The position numbers and the translations under genes were made by a program. 64,000 bases of DNA from an uncultured bacterium (lineage in GTDB: Bacteria; Oederibacteriota; Oederibacteriia; Oederibacteriales; Oederibacteriaceae). The notes under the pieces are model-generated. The model was not told the DNA's origin, did no database searches, and saw only the letters and a list, made by a program, of their open reading frames with translations. Location of the stretch: NCBI GenBank assembly GCA_965112635.1, contig OZ218778.1:736001-800000 (forward strand). Reading direction: 5' to 3'. Below are positions 1 through 8,656 of this stretch, piece after piece (positions within the stretch are counted from its first letter, which is position 1; each line of letters starts with the position of its first letter).

Positions 1-235
1 CTTGCTCCTGAGTTTGCTTGATCAGGCTAGCGGCATCCTTTTTTTCCTTTTTATAAATGGCAATTTCCTCGGAACCTTTGTTCTTTTCCGCCTTCAAGGT
101 CTCAACGTGCTGCAAAAGTTCCCGCCTTTTAACCTCAGCCTGCTTTAAATTGGCTAAAGACAGCTGGGTATTGCGCAAACGCAGTGATTCCTCCACAATT
201 CCTATATTTTCCCGCACAAATTTTAGATCTAGCAT
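1..235 (-). CDS. serS: Seryl-tRNA synthetase, 5' end (runs off the window; not in ORF track)
   Basis: Manual translation from ATG at 235: MLDLKFVRENIGIVEESLRLRNTQ...RRELLQHVETLKAEKNKGSEEI, the typical SerRS N-terminal coiled-coil arm; AAGAGG upstream. Confidence 0.85.
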   Translation of the reverse strand, partial: MLDLKFVRENIGIVEESLRLRNTQLSLANLKQAEVKRRELLQHVETLKAEKNKGSEEIAIYKKEKKDAASLIKQTQEQ

Positions 236-365
236 TAGGTTTGTCCTCTTTTCGTCAAAAACGACTAATTTTTGTTCAATTATGTGCTGTTTTTGTCAAA
301 TTTCATCTATTTTTGATATAAAATTGCTCAATTTTGTAACTATTGTACTGTTTCTATAACTTCAA

Positions 366-1835
366 TTATTTCTTATCTTTTTTGTTCTTTTCCGGCCAGT
401 CCAGCATAAACTTCTGGGCTATATTGACCTGGTCCTGGGTCAGCTTGGCCTCCAGCACGCTCTTGCGGTCCCCTGCTTTTTCATGGCCGTTCCTGCTGGC
501 CAGGGAGTACCAGATATAGGCCTTGACCAGATCCTGTTTCACCCCGATCCCATTTTCATACATTATTCCCAGGTTGTTTTGGGCAACTGCGAAATCCAGG
601 TCAGCGGCTTTTTGAAAAAGCCTGAAAGCCCGTTTGGGGTCCTTTTTGACCCCCTGGCCGTTGAGGTATAAAGAAGCCAGGTTGTTCTGGCCCACGCTAT
701 AGCCCTCATTGGCGGCCAAGCGGTACCACATGGCGGCCTTTTCATAGTCCTGGGTCAGGCCGTTGCCTCCCTGGGCATACAGCACTCCCAGGTTGTTCTG
801 GGCCAGGGGGTCTTCTTTGGCCGAGGCCTTTTTGAACCAGAACTCGGCCTTGGCAAAGTCCTCGTCCACCCCGCGCCCGGCCATATAAAGGTTGCCCAGG
901 TTGTCTTCAGCGGGGACATACTCCAGGTTGGCTGCCCGGCGGTACCACATGGCTGCTTTTTTCAGGTCCACGATGACGCCCCAACCGTTCTCGTACATCT
1001 GGCCCAAACTGTTCTGGGCCTGGACATTGTCCAGGTCCGCGGCCTTGAGGTACCACAGCAGGGCGTGCCCGTAATCCTGGGTGACCCCCTGCCCGTTAAA
1101 GAGCAGGTTAGCCAAGCTGTCTTGCCCTGGGCTGTAATTTTGGTCAGCCGCCTTTTGGTACCAGAGCAAAGCCTTTTGGTAGTCCTGGGGGACGCCCGTG
1201 CCTTTTTCATACGCGGTGCCCAGTTGATACTCCGCGACATCATATCCCTGGGCCACGGCCTTGTTCAGCCATTCTATCGCCTTGGACGCGTCGGCCTGGA
1301 CCCCCACGCCGTTGAAATACATCTGGGCCAGGTTGGTTTGGGCCTGCGCTAAACCCTGGTCCGCGGCTTTTTGGTACCACTGCCGGGCCTGGTCCAGGTC
1401 CCTTTTGACCCCTTCGCCGTATTCATAGCGGACGCCCAGCCTGTTCTGCGCTTCGCTGTAACCCTGGTTGGCCGCCTTGGTGAACCACTCCACGGCCTTG
1501 GCGTAATTTTTTTTGACTCCCAGGCCCTGCAGGTCCATCAGGCCGAGGTTGCACTGGGCCGGCGCAAAATTTTGGCTGGCTGCTTTTTTGAACCAGGCTT
1601 CGGCCTTGCCAAAATCCTTTTTAACCCCTATCCCAAAAAGATAAATCTGCCCGAGCTCGTTCTGGGCCACGGCCTCGCCCTTGTCCCCGGCCTTTTTGAA
1701 CCACTGGACCGCCTGCCCGCAATCTTTGTTTTCTAGAGCTGCCACTCCCTTGTCCAGCTCTTCACTGGCCCAACAGGGCACAATAAAACTTATGGCAATC
1801 CATATTAAAATGACGGTTTTAATTGTCCTTTTCAT
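366..1835 (-). CDS. Secreted Sel1-like repeat (SLR) protein, about 12 repeats
   Basis: Signal peptide then 36-aa repeats AQxxLGxxYxxGxGVxxDxxKAxxWxxKAA. Confidence 0.93.
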   Translation of the reverse strand: MKRTIKTVILIWIAISFIVPCWASEELDKGVAALENKDCGQAVQWFKKAGDKGEAVAQNELGQIYLFGIGVKKDFGKAEAWFKKAASQNFAPAQCNLGLMDLQGLGVKKNYAKAVEWFTKAANQGYSEAQNRLGVRYEYGEGVKRDLDQARQWYQKAADQGLAQAQTNLAQMYFNGVGVQADASKAIEWLNKAVAQGYDVAEYQLGTAYEKGTGVPQDYQKALLWYQKAADQNYSPGQDSLANLLFNGQGVTQDYGHALLWYLKAADLDNVQAQNSLGQMYENGWGVIVDLKKAAMWYRRAANLEYVPAEDNLGNLYMAGRGVDEDFAKAEFWFKKASAKEDPLAQNNLGVLYAQGGNGLTQDYEKAAMWYRLAANEGYSVGQNNLASLYLNGQGVKKDPKRAFRLFQKAADLDFAVAQNNLGIMYENGIGVKQDLVKAYIWYSLASRNGHEKAGDRKSVLEAKLTQDQVNIAQKFMLDWPEKNKKDKK

Positions 1836-1845
1836 GTTCTCCCCT

Positions 1846-2556
1846 TTATTCTTCGAGTTCTACGCGCGGTTTCCAGGCAGCGGCGCGCTGTACCGCTTCT
1901 TTTATCTCCGTCTCGCTCAACCTTTTTTTTACTTCTGTGATCACGGCGTCCACTTTTTTACTGTGGCTTTTACGCGCTAAAATAAGCCATTTCAGAGCCT
2001 CGACCAGGTCCTGCTTGGTCCCTCTTCCCAGGAGATACAGCCCGGCCAGGTCTTGCTGCGCCTGCAGGTTACCCTGTTCGCTGGCCCGCTGATCCCAAAA
2101 AAATGCTAAGCGGTCGTCCTGCTTAACGCCCTGTCCCTGAAAGTAAAGGGAACCCAGGTCCCTCTGGGCTGTGGCGTTGCCCTGTTTCGCGGCCTTGGTG
2201 AACCACTGGACCGCTTCAGGGTAATCCTGCCGCACGCCCCGGCCCTGGGCATACATCATGCCCAGGTCTTTTTGTCCTTCGCTGCTGCCCTGGGCCGCCG
2301 CCTTCCGGAAAAGTTCTACGGCGGTCCCAACGTTCCTCTCTACCCCGTGTCCTTTGGCGTAGAGCAGGCCCAGACCGGCTTGTCCGTCGGCTTCGCCCTT
2401 TTGGGCGGACTGGGAAAAATAATAAAAAGCCTTTTGGGTGTCTCCGGCCTCGTAAGCGGCCTGTCCCAGGTCGGATAAGGCGCTCCCCCAAGCCGTACAG
2501 CACAGGGCCAAAAGGGCCAGCAGGCCGGCCCCGGCTTTAGCCAGGATGTTTTTCAT
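1846..2556 (-). CDS. Secreted Sel1-like repeat protein, about 4-5 repeats
   Basis: Signal peptide plus the same SLR consensus. Confidence 0.92.
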   Translation of the reverse strand: MKNILAKAGAGLLALLALCCTAWGSALSDLGQAAYEAGDTQKAFYYFSQSAQKGEADGQAGLGLLYAKGHGVERNVGTAVELFRKAAAQGSSEGQKDLGMMYAQGRGVRQDYPEAVQWFTKAAKQGNATAQRDLGSLYFQGQGVKQDDRLAFFWDQRASEQGNLQAQQDLAGLYLLGRGTKQDLVEALKWLILARKSHSKKVDAVITEVKKRLSETEIKEAVQRAAAWKPRVELEE

Positions 2557-3001
2557 TGATCTTGTGCTTGGTGTCGTCCAGCCGTTCGCGGATCACTTTT
2601 TCGACCATCTGGTACAGCCTGTTGTTGTGCCTCACGATGGAGTTGAAATCGTCCCGGTAAAGGATGTAAAAATCGCAGGGCTCTTCTGCGACAACGGTCG
2701 CGGTACGGGGGATCTCCTCCAAAAGCGCGATCTCGCCAAAAAAGTTCCCCTCGGTCATGGTGTTGATGTAAACTTTTTTGCCCGTCTTGTTCGTGGCCCA
2801 AATGGAAACCTTGCCCTTGAAGATCATATAAAAGGTGTCGCCTTTATCACCTTCCCTGATCACCACGTAATTCTGGGTGCAGGACATTTTTTTCAGGCAT
2901 CCTATCAGCTTGTCCATCTCCTCCACCTTTAGGCTGCTTAAAAAATCCACCCCCCTCAAAGTTTCCAGGATCTGGCGGTACTCAGTGGATTGGTCGACCA
3001 T
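2537..3001 (-). CDS. Stand-alone cyclic nucleotide-binding (cNMP) domain protein
   Basis: VIREGDKGDTFYMIFKG and FFGEIALLEEIPRTATV phosphate-binding cassette; AAGGAGG RBS. Confidence 0.9.
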   Translation of the reverse strand: MVDQSTEYRQILETLRGVDFLSSLKVEEMDKLIGCLKKMSCTQNYVVIREGDKGDTFYMIFKGKVSIWATNKTGKKVYINTMTEGNFFGEIALLEEIPRTATVVAEEPCDFYILYRDDFNSIVRHNNRLYQMVEKVIRERLDDTKHKINEKHPG

Positions 3002-3269
3002 ACGCCCTCCTTAATGATTTTGGTAATCCGTCCGCGTCCAGTAGGGATGCGAAAACTATTATAATCACAACAACCCTAACTTAGCTATGCCTGAAAAGCA
3101 CGGACTTTTCATTTAAAACCTTGTCTTTTGGAAGGCTTTTTGGCCCTAGGTCCGGGGGAGAACAAGGACGGGGCGGAAAAATTGCTAAAAATCCTTGGGG
3201 CGCCGTGCCATTGGTTCAAGTTTCAAGATCAGGCGCGCTTTTACTTTCCCGGGCGATAAGAAAAGATTT

Positions 3270-4076
3270 TCAATCCCGTATTTCTTCCTGGAGGAGGGTA
3301 AAAAATCTCTCCCTGGCCTGTTTTTCCAGCCAGGGGATATGCCCGCATTTCTCCAGCAGGACAAAGCGGAAATTCTTGATGACATCGGTCAGCTGATTTT
3401 GCACGCTCTCGGCCGGATGGGGGTCATGGTCGCCTGAGATAGCGAGGACCGGGCAATGGATGCGCCGGCCCAGCTCCAGGAGCTTGCCGTTTTGTCTCAT
3501 GGCTTCGGCTTCTCCCCACACCATCTGGTGTATCTCCTGGTCAAATTCCACGGGCTCCCTCTCTCCTTGGACCGGATCATAGGCGTCTGCCTTGGCCAGC
3601 AACTCGCCCAGCCGCGGCCCGGCCATCTTGTTCTCGCCTGCTCCCGGTTGCTTCAGAAATTCCATCAGAGCCACGACCTCGGCCCTTTCTTTGATATCCA
3701 GGCGGCTCAGCCTGGTTTCCAGTGTTTTAACTCCGTCGCTTTCCTTGAACCCGGCGCAGGAAACCAGGATAAGTTTTTTCACATAGGAAGGATAATAGGC
3801 GGCGAACAAATATCCCAGCCACGCTCCCCAGGAATATCCTATCAGCGTGAAAGGCGGGTCGCTGCTCCTCCTGAGGACCGTTCTTAGCTCCTCCCTCTGG
3901 CCCAAGATAGTCTTGGCGGTCTGCAGGGGCTCCAGGATGCCGCGCACGGACGCCAGCTCCCGCGCCACGGGCGCCATCTCTCCCGCCACCCCCGGCCCGC
4001 CATGCAGGACCGCCACTTTATACGGCCTCTCGCCGTATTTTCTGATGACCTTCATTTGTCGCTCCCGTTTTTTCAC
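3270..4076 (-). CDS. Alpha/beta hydrolase
   Basis: HGGPG oxyanion motif, GYSWG nucleophile elbow, GDHD and CGHIPW catalytic Asp/His. Confidence 0.9.
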   Translation of the reverse strand: MKKRERQMKVIRKYGERPYKVAVLHGGPGVAGEMAPVARELASVRGILEPLQTAKTILGQREELRTVLRRSSDPPFTLIGYSWGAWLGYLFAAYYPSYVKKLILVSCAGFKESDGVKTLETRLSRLDIKERAEVVALMEFLKQPGAGENKMAGPRLGELLAKADAYDPVQGEREPVEFDQEIHQMVWGEAEAMRQNGKLLELGRRIHCPVLAISGDHDPHPAESVQNQLTDVIKNFRFVLLEKCGHIPWLEKQARERFFTLLQEEIRD

Positions 4077-4171
4077 TGTTAGGAACCTCTCCTTTACATG
4101 GGGGGATATTCATAAAACATTCGGGGTCACCTGATGATTTGTGACAAAGGTAAATCCTGTTTCTTTTATTT

Positions 4172-4199
4172 AGTATACCCAGGGACCCCGGGGATCAGT
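4172..4199. repeat. 28-bp imperfect direct repeat, copy 1 (copy 2 at 5168-5195)
   Basis: agtatacccagggaccccggggatcagt vs agtatgcagagggaccccggagatcaat, 23/28 identical. Confidence 0.55.
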
Positions 4200-4205
4200 G
4201 GAAGT

Positions 4206-4571
4206 TTATAACAGGTAGTGCAGCGCGCCGATTTCAGAAGTAAAAGACGGCAGGGTGGTTTCCAGGCTCAATAGTTGGTAAACGCGTTCGACATTGTGGG
4301 CCATGTTTATCAAAGCTATCCTGCCCCCGTTCCCGCTGACTTCTTTCCCAATATGCACCAAAACATCCCAGCCGGCCCCGTCTATGAAGCTGATCCCCTT
4401 GAGGTCCACGATGATCCTGACAGAGGCCTGGCGGGCAAAGCTTAAGGCTGAGTATATTAATTGGCATCCGGTATAGGCGTCGAGATATCCTTTGATGGTT
4501 ATTTTCCAGCATTGGATGGTCTGGTAGGGGAGCTGCTCTATGGAAATATTGATTTCTTTTGTTGCATCCAT
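4206..4571 (-). CDS. STAS-domain protein (anti-sigma factor antagonist-like)
   Basis: GYLDAYT...IIVDLKGISFIDGAG...VERVYQLL; the usual phosphorylated Ser (DSSG) reads DGAG. Confidence 0.85.
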   Translation of the reverse strand: MDATKEINISIEQLPYQTIQCWKITIKGYLDAYTGCQLIYSALSFARQASVRIIVDLKGISFIDGAGWDVLVHIGKEVSGNGGRIALINMAHNVERVYQLLSLETTLPSFTSEIGALHYLL

Positions 4572-4698
4572 TGGTTCACCCTTTTTCTATTTCGGGTACA
4601 TGCACGCATGCAGGCTGGCTGGCAGCGCTCAACATCGTTGTTTGACATAATTATACCACCATGGCGGGAAACTGATTTTTCCATTCTGTCCTGTGCTT

Positions 4699-4776
4699 TT
4701 ACTTCCTCCTATTGATCCTGTGGATCCGCCTTGTAGCTTTTCTCTTAGCCTTTTTTGTAGCTTTGCTCAGTGGCAT
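4699..4776 (-). CDS. Putative 25-aa highly basic small protein MPLSKATKKAKRKATRRIHRINRRK
   Basis: GAGGGAG RBS 5 nt before ATG, clean TAA; below the ORF-track length cutoff. Confidence 0.55.
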   Translation of the reverse strand: MPLSKATKKAKRKATRRIHRINRRK

Positions 4777-4810
4777 AAATTCTCCCTCTTATTTGGCCTA
4801 TTTTATTCCT

Positions 4811-4993
4811 CTATCTTGCCCCTCTTTGGGATGATCTTCCTGTCTGCCTTTTTTGCACGGTGGATACATGGCTATGGATAGAAGGCAGGGCCGCATAAGA
4901 ACTGTCATAAAAAGCATATTTTTCAGCTTTGTCTTTGTGATAGCCGGCGCGGATCGCAGCCCTTTCAATTTTTTCTGATTCTCTCTTTCCCAT
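4811..4993 (-). CDS. Small basic hypothetical protein (60 aa from ATG 4993)
   Basis: AAGGAGG RBS before ATG GGA AAG; directly upstream of the 25-aa ORF. Confidence 0.5.
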   Translation of the reverse strand: MGKRESEKIERAAIRAGYHKDKAEKYAFYDSSYAALPSIHSHVSTVQKRQTGRSSQRGAR

Positions 4994-5122
4994 CTTCCCT
5001 CCTTTCAAGTTTGATACTCCCTATACTCTAACACTAATATGCTTTTTCATACTGATTACTTGTCAGCAGGAAGCCCTGGACAAAATAGGTGTGATGAAAT
5101 GGCTCGCCCCGGATAGGCGGGG

Positions 5123-5149
5123 GTTGAAGGATCTGAATGATCCTTCAAC
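5123..5149. other. Perfect 11-bp stem hairpin
   Basis: gttgaaggatc-tgaat-gatccttcaac. Confidence 0.6.
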
Positions 5150-5167
5150 GGGTCCCTTCCATAATTA

Positions 5168-5195
5168 AGTATGCAGAGGGACCCCGGAGATCAAT
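5168..5195. repeat. 28-bp imperfect direct repeat, copy 2
   Basis: Matches 4172-4199. Confidence 0.55.
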
Positions 5196-5263
5196 AACAT
5201 TACCCTAGGCTCTACTTCCCTTTTGCCGGAAACAATCACAGACCCTTGTGGCACAAGGTTCGC

Positions 5264-5548
5264 CTACTTTGTATCTTGTCCCCTGCCCAGCCATCGACGG
5301 CATACATAAACAGCCGATATCCATGATCCAAAATCAGCTAGGAGCGCCCCCACCAAGACCAGGCTGACCCAGTCACCCATAAATTTTGGGTAGGCGACCT
5401 GAACGCCCCCAATAATTAAAAAAGTGGCTATGATTGGGATGCCTGAATCCCTGTCTCCATATTTAATGTGGCGATATACCAGGCGAATATTCATGGGGAT
5501 CAAGGCCAGGGCGCCTAAGAGAAAGATATTTCCGATAATGAACATCAT
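5264..5548 (-). CDS. Small membrane protein (about 3 TM)
   Basis: Three hydrophobic segments; GGGGA RBS; immediately downstream of ArsR copy 1. Confidence 0.65.
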   Translation of the reverse strand: MMFIIGNIFLLGALALIPMNIRLVYRHIKYGDRDSGIPIIATFLIIGGVQVAYPKFMGDWVSLVLVGALLADFGSWISAVYVCRRWLGRGQDTK

Positions 5549-5570
5549 GGTTCATTCCCCCACGACAGGA

Positions 5571-5885
5571 TCATTCCTCAGTATCCTGGGTCTTGTGCTG
5601 GCTGGAAAGATGGATCAAACCTTTAAGCCCGTCAATAATTTCCAGGACTTCTTTTTGATACTTTAACCGATACAGCACATACTGCCCCTTGCTTGTAAAT
5701 CTGACTAGGTCAGCCATCCGCAGGCTCCGCAATTGATGCGAAACTGCGGGCATGGATCGTCTGACCTTTTTAGCCAGCTCGGATGGCGCGCAGGGTTCCT
5801 TGGCTATGGCCTCCAGGATCTGAAAAGCCACAGGATTTCCCAGCACTTTGCATACTCTGGAACAACGGAATGAAGTCTCTTGCAT
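5571..5885 (-). CDS. ArsR/SmtB-family winged HTH regulator, paralog 1 (104 aa)
   Basis: KVLGNPVAFQIL...PSELA...AVSHQLRSLRMADLV...YRL; likely start ATG 5885 after GGAGAGGAG. Confidence 0.9.
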   Translation of the reverse strand: MQETSFRCSRVCKVLGNPVAFQILEAIAKEPCAPSELAKKVRRSMPAVSHQLRSLRMADLVRFTSKGQYVLYRLKYQKEVLEIIDGLKGLIHLSSQHKTQDTEE

Positions 5886-5940
5886 ATTTCTCCTCTCCAC
5901 CGATCTAAATAATGGGGATCCACAAATACGGATAATATCC

Positions 5941-5978
5941 TATTTTCGCATTTTCGCAATTGCGAAAACGTGGAAATG
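5941..5978. promoter_or_regulatory. Palindromic operator upstream of ArsR paralog 1
   Basis: Perfect 18-bp core ttttcgcaattgcgaaaa (5951-5968) with imperfect extension. Confidence 0.7.
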
Positions 5979-6112
5979 TCACATCTTGGGATTTAGATCA
6001 AGGACTTCAAAGCGCTACATGGGAATTAAAAAAACCCGCGGGGGAGGCGGGAGAATCCTATGCTTGCCTGGGGTCTAATTCCCTTTTGCAAGAAATAACT
6101 CCTGGCCCCGGT

Positions 6113-6556
6113 TCATTTCAGGTGAGAGCCATATCCTTCTAGGAGATCAGGAAACTCGGTAAGGAGAAATTCTTTGGCGTTCACTATCAGGGTTTTTCCC
6201 GTTTTTTTCAGCACCAGCAGGTCAAGGTCGCCCGTGACCAGATAATCAGCCCGGCTGGCTTTGGCCAGGTCCAGGACAAAAATATCCTTGGGATCTCTCA
6301 ACTTTTGATGTATGCCTGGGCTTTTAATTTCAAAGGGAACAGTATAGGAAAGTATATCTCCCAAAACCTTGTCCAATTCACTGTCTGAGAGCCCGAACTT
6401 CTTTCCCTGCAGAGTATGGGCCAGCTCTTTCAGTACCTCAGGAGAACAAACCAGCTCAATGAGCTCATGCCGGGCCAGTCCCAAAAACAGGCGGTTGACG
6501 CCCGGCCAGAAAGTGCCTGAAATGTAAACGTTGGTATCCGCAACCACTCTTACCAC
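6113..6556 (-). CDS. PIN-domain toxin (VapC-like, PIN_3 type)
   Basis: RVVADTNVYIS...RDPKDIFVLDLA...ADYLVTGDLDLL. Confidence 0.9.
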   Translation of the reverse strand: MVRVVADTNVYISGTFWPGVNRLFLGLARHELIELVCSPEVLKELAHTLQGKKFGLSDSELDKVLGDILSYTVPFEIKSPGIHQKLRDPKDIFVLDLAKASRADYLVTGDLDLLVLKKTGKTLIVNAKEFLLTEFPDLLEGYGSHLK

Positions 6557-6558
6557 TG

Positions 6559-6816
6559 CTACCGGCTCTCTTTGACCAGGCGGACAATGTCAGCTTCTTT
6601 TAAGTGAGCAAACCCTTTCTTTTTGGCCAGCGTTTCGGCCCATTGATAAAGATTCTTTGAACTTGGTTTGGAAACAACCCCTTTATTTTTTAGATAAAGC
6701 TCCAGGGATTCTTCAATAACCCCGCCGATGGTCTTATCTTCCTGCAGGGCTATCCTTTTGGTCATTTTTAGTAACTCCGGGTCCAGCCTCAGCGTGGTCT
6801 TCATGGATGTGATCAT
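6559..6816 (-). CDS. Ribbon-helix-helix-like antitoxin (85 aa, start ATG 6816)
   Basis: MITSMKTTLRLDPELLKMTKRIA...VIEESL; GAGGAGG RBS; stop 2 nt before the PIN start. Confidence 0.8.
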   Translation of the reverse strand: MITSMKTTLRLDPELLKMTKRIALQEDKTIGGVIEESLELYLKNKGVVSKPSSKNLYQWAETLAKKKGFAHLKEADIVRLVKESR

Positions 6817-6836
6817 AGGTCCCTCCTCTCTTTGCT

Positions 6837-6869
6837 TGCCATATTGCCATATAGATGGCACGAAGTCAA
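6837..6869 (-). promoter_or_regulatory. Sigma70-like promoter of the TA operon with overlapping TGCCAT/ATGGCA operator
   Basis: TTGACT-N17-CAATAT on the minus strand; tgccat(6845)-N4-atggca(6855) palindrome plus an extra tgccat half-site at 6837. Confidence 0.65.
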
Positions 6870-6918
6870 GTTGGAACAAGGTTTTCGTATAACATAATGT
6901 CCAGGTTGGTAAATTGCA

Positions 6919-6964
6919 AGGCGGGGATCGCTGAACCTTCATTTTTTGCATGTCGCAGGTCAAG
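6919..6964. repeat. 46-bp direct repeat, copy 1 (copy 2 at 8657-8702)
   Basis: aggcggggatcgctgaaccttcattttttgcatgtcgcaggtcaag; 43/46 identical to copy 2. Confidence 0.85.
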
Positions 6965-7022
6965 CTCGTCCTAAAGCGTGCCCTGTAGGCACATGGACCT
7001 CCCCCGAAATAATGGGCACCTC

Positions 7023-8048
7023 TTACGGCCGGGTAACTTCTTGCACCATTTTTGGAAAAGCTCCCTGAACATTATTTAATTTAAATCTGGATATGCCTAC
7101 TCTTTCAATGCCTGTTTCCCATCCGTCCCTGGCGTTATACCATATCCAAAGTTCATTCCCAACTTTTCTCATATCTAGCTGGTAGACCAAGGCGTCTTTC
7201 CAGCCTTTTTCCGGGGCTATGATCGGGTTAAAAGGCAGGTTGTACCACTCCATACCGTCTTTGGATAAAAGGAAATGAATGGCTGAACGGGAACTGCCTT
7301 CTTTGTCTTTATAAATGCCGTTGTTGAATCCCAAAAATATATTTTCTGTCCATTCATAGTAAACCTTCAGGCCTCCGGCCCCCATATTTCTGTACGGATC
7401 ATCCGGGTTTGGTCCTATGACGGGAAGAGGGTGTTTTTTATAAGGTCCCATGATGTTATTGGAAAACGCAACGCCGTTATAAACCGGTTCCTCATAACCG
7501 CAGTCAGGAAGCAGGACTTCCCCGGAAGCATAGTACAACCTGTATCCTTCCGGGGTCTTTGTTATACAGGCGTTTCTGACCACTGGTCTTGACCTGAAGC
7601 TTTCTTTTTCCCAGGGAAGGCCGGGTCTTAATATGACCTCATCCTTTGTCCAGTTTTTCAGGTCTTTTGAGGATCTTACCGCTATGCAGCATTCACCTTC
7701 AATAAACCAGGGTCCGTGGTGGAACATATAAAAAGTGCCTTTGTCCTTGAAAACGAACGGGTTCCATCCGGGTTTGAATCTGTCTAAAGCTTTCCAGTTT
7801 ATACCGTCATTAGAAACCATATGGTTAATATAAGTATCCCCGCTTACCGCGTATAAATGCCATTTCCCGTCCGGACTGGTTTCAGGCATGATAATGGTAG
7901 GTTCTCCGACAACCTGTGTGTTAAAGGGAGGATTGATAATGGGGTTTCCTGGATGATCGGCCCATTTATCCCACTGAACCTTTTTTAGAAGCTCGGGTGA
8001 AAATACTTCTTCCGGGTTACTTTGGATTAAGCCGTTCTTGTTCTTCAT
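7023..8048 (-). CDS. Five-bladed beta-propeller glycoside hydrolase-like protein (GH43/GH130-like clan)
   Basis: Repeated NPII/PVI blades, SxDGxxW Asp-box-like motifs (SNDGINW, SKDLKNW, SKDGMEW). Confidence 0.7.
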   Translation of the reverse strand: MKNKNGLIQSNPEEVFSPELLKKVQWDKWADHPGNPIINPPFNTQVVGEPTIIMPETSPDGKWHLYAVSGDTYINHMVSNDGINWKALDRFKPGWNPFVFKDKGTFYMFHHGPWFIEGECCIAVRSSKDLKNWTKDEVILRPGLPWEKESFRSRPVVRNACITKTPEGYRLYYASGEVLLPDCGYEEPVYNGVAFSNNIMGPYKKHPLPVIGPNPDDPYRNMGAGGLKVYYEWTENIFLGFNNGIYKDKEGSSRSAIHFLLSKDGMEWYNLPFNPIIAPEKGWKDALVYQLDMRKVGNELWIWYNARDGWETGIERVGISRFKLNNVQGAFPKMVQEVTRP

Positions 8049-8122
8049 AGACCCTCCTCTTTACGAAAACCCCGCCCCCGCCCTCAAGGTGCGCGTCCAT
8101 GAGGACGTTAAGGCGGGGAAGT

Positions 8123-8437
8123 TTATTCCTCAGTATCCTGGGTCTTGTGCTGGCTGGTCAGATGAACCAAACCCTCCAGCCCGTCTATGATCTCCAGAAT
8201 TTCCTTGGGGTATTTAATCCTGTAAAGAACATATTTATTTTTTGTCGTATATCGAACTAAATCTGCCAAACGCAAGCCTTTCAACTGATGTGAAATGGCC
8301 GATATGGTTCTTTTGAACCTTTTGCTCAACTCAGATGGGGTGCACGGTTCCTTAGCAATAGCCTCAAGAATTTGAAAAGTCAAAGGATTGCCCAATACCC
8401 GGCATAGCCTGGAACAACGATATGCTGTTTCTTTCAT
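8123..8437 (-). CDS. ArsR/SmtB-family regulator, paralog 2 (104 aa)
   Basis: Same length as paralog 1, 75/104 aa identical by manual alignment. Confidence 0.9.
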   Translation of the reverse strand: MKETAYRCSRLCRVLGNPLTFQILEAIAKEPCTPSELSKRFKRTISAISHQLKGLRLADLVRYTTKNKYVLYRIKYPKEILEIIDGLEGLVHLTSQHKTQDTEE

Positions 8438-8494
8438 ATTTTCTCCTCTCCACACAAGCCATAAGATACAAACCCCACAATCCCTTATTCTACC

Positions 8495-8534
8495 TCATTT
8501 GCACGTTTGTTCAATTGAGCAAATGTGCAAATGA
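8495..8534. promoter_or_regulatory. Palindromic operator upstream of ArsR paralog 2
   Basis: tcatttgcacgtttgttcaattgagcaaatgtgcaaatga, 40-bp palindrome with 2 mispairs, centred on CAATTG like operator 1. Confidence 0.7.
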
Positions 8535-8656
8535 CCAATCTGGGGATTTAGAATCTAAAGCATTTGATGTTTAGGATGGTGGGGCGAATGGTTTAAAAAC
8601 CCGCCGGGGGAAAAATTGAGGAAAGAGGGCCTGAAAATTTTGAAAAGGGGTCGGGG

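Noticed and set aside
57-359. 100-aa + strand ORF
   Set aside because: Antisense to the serS 5' end and its upstream region
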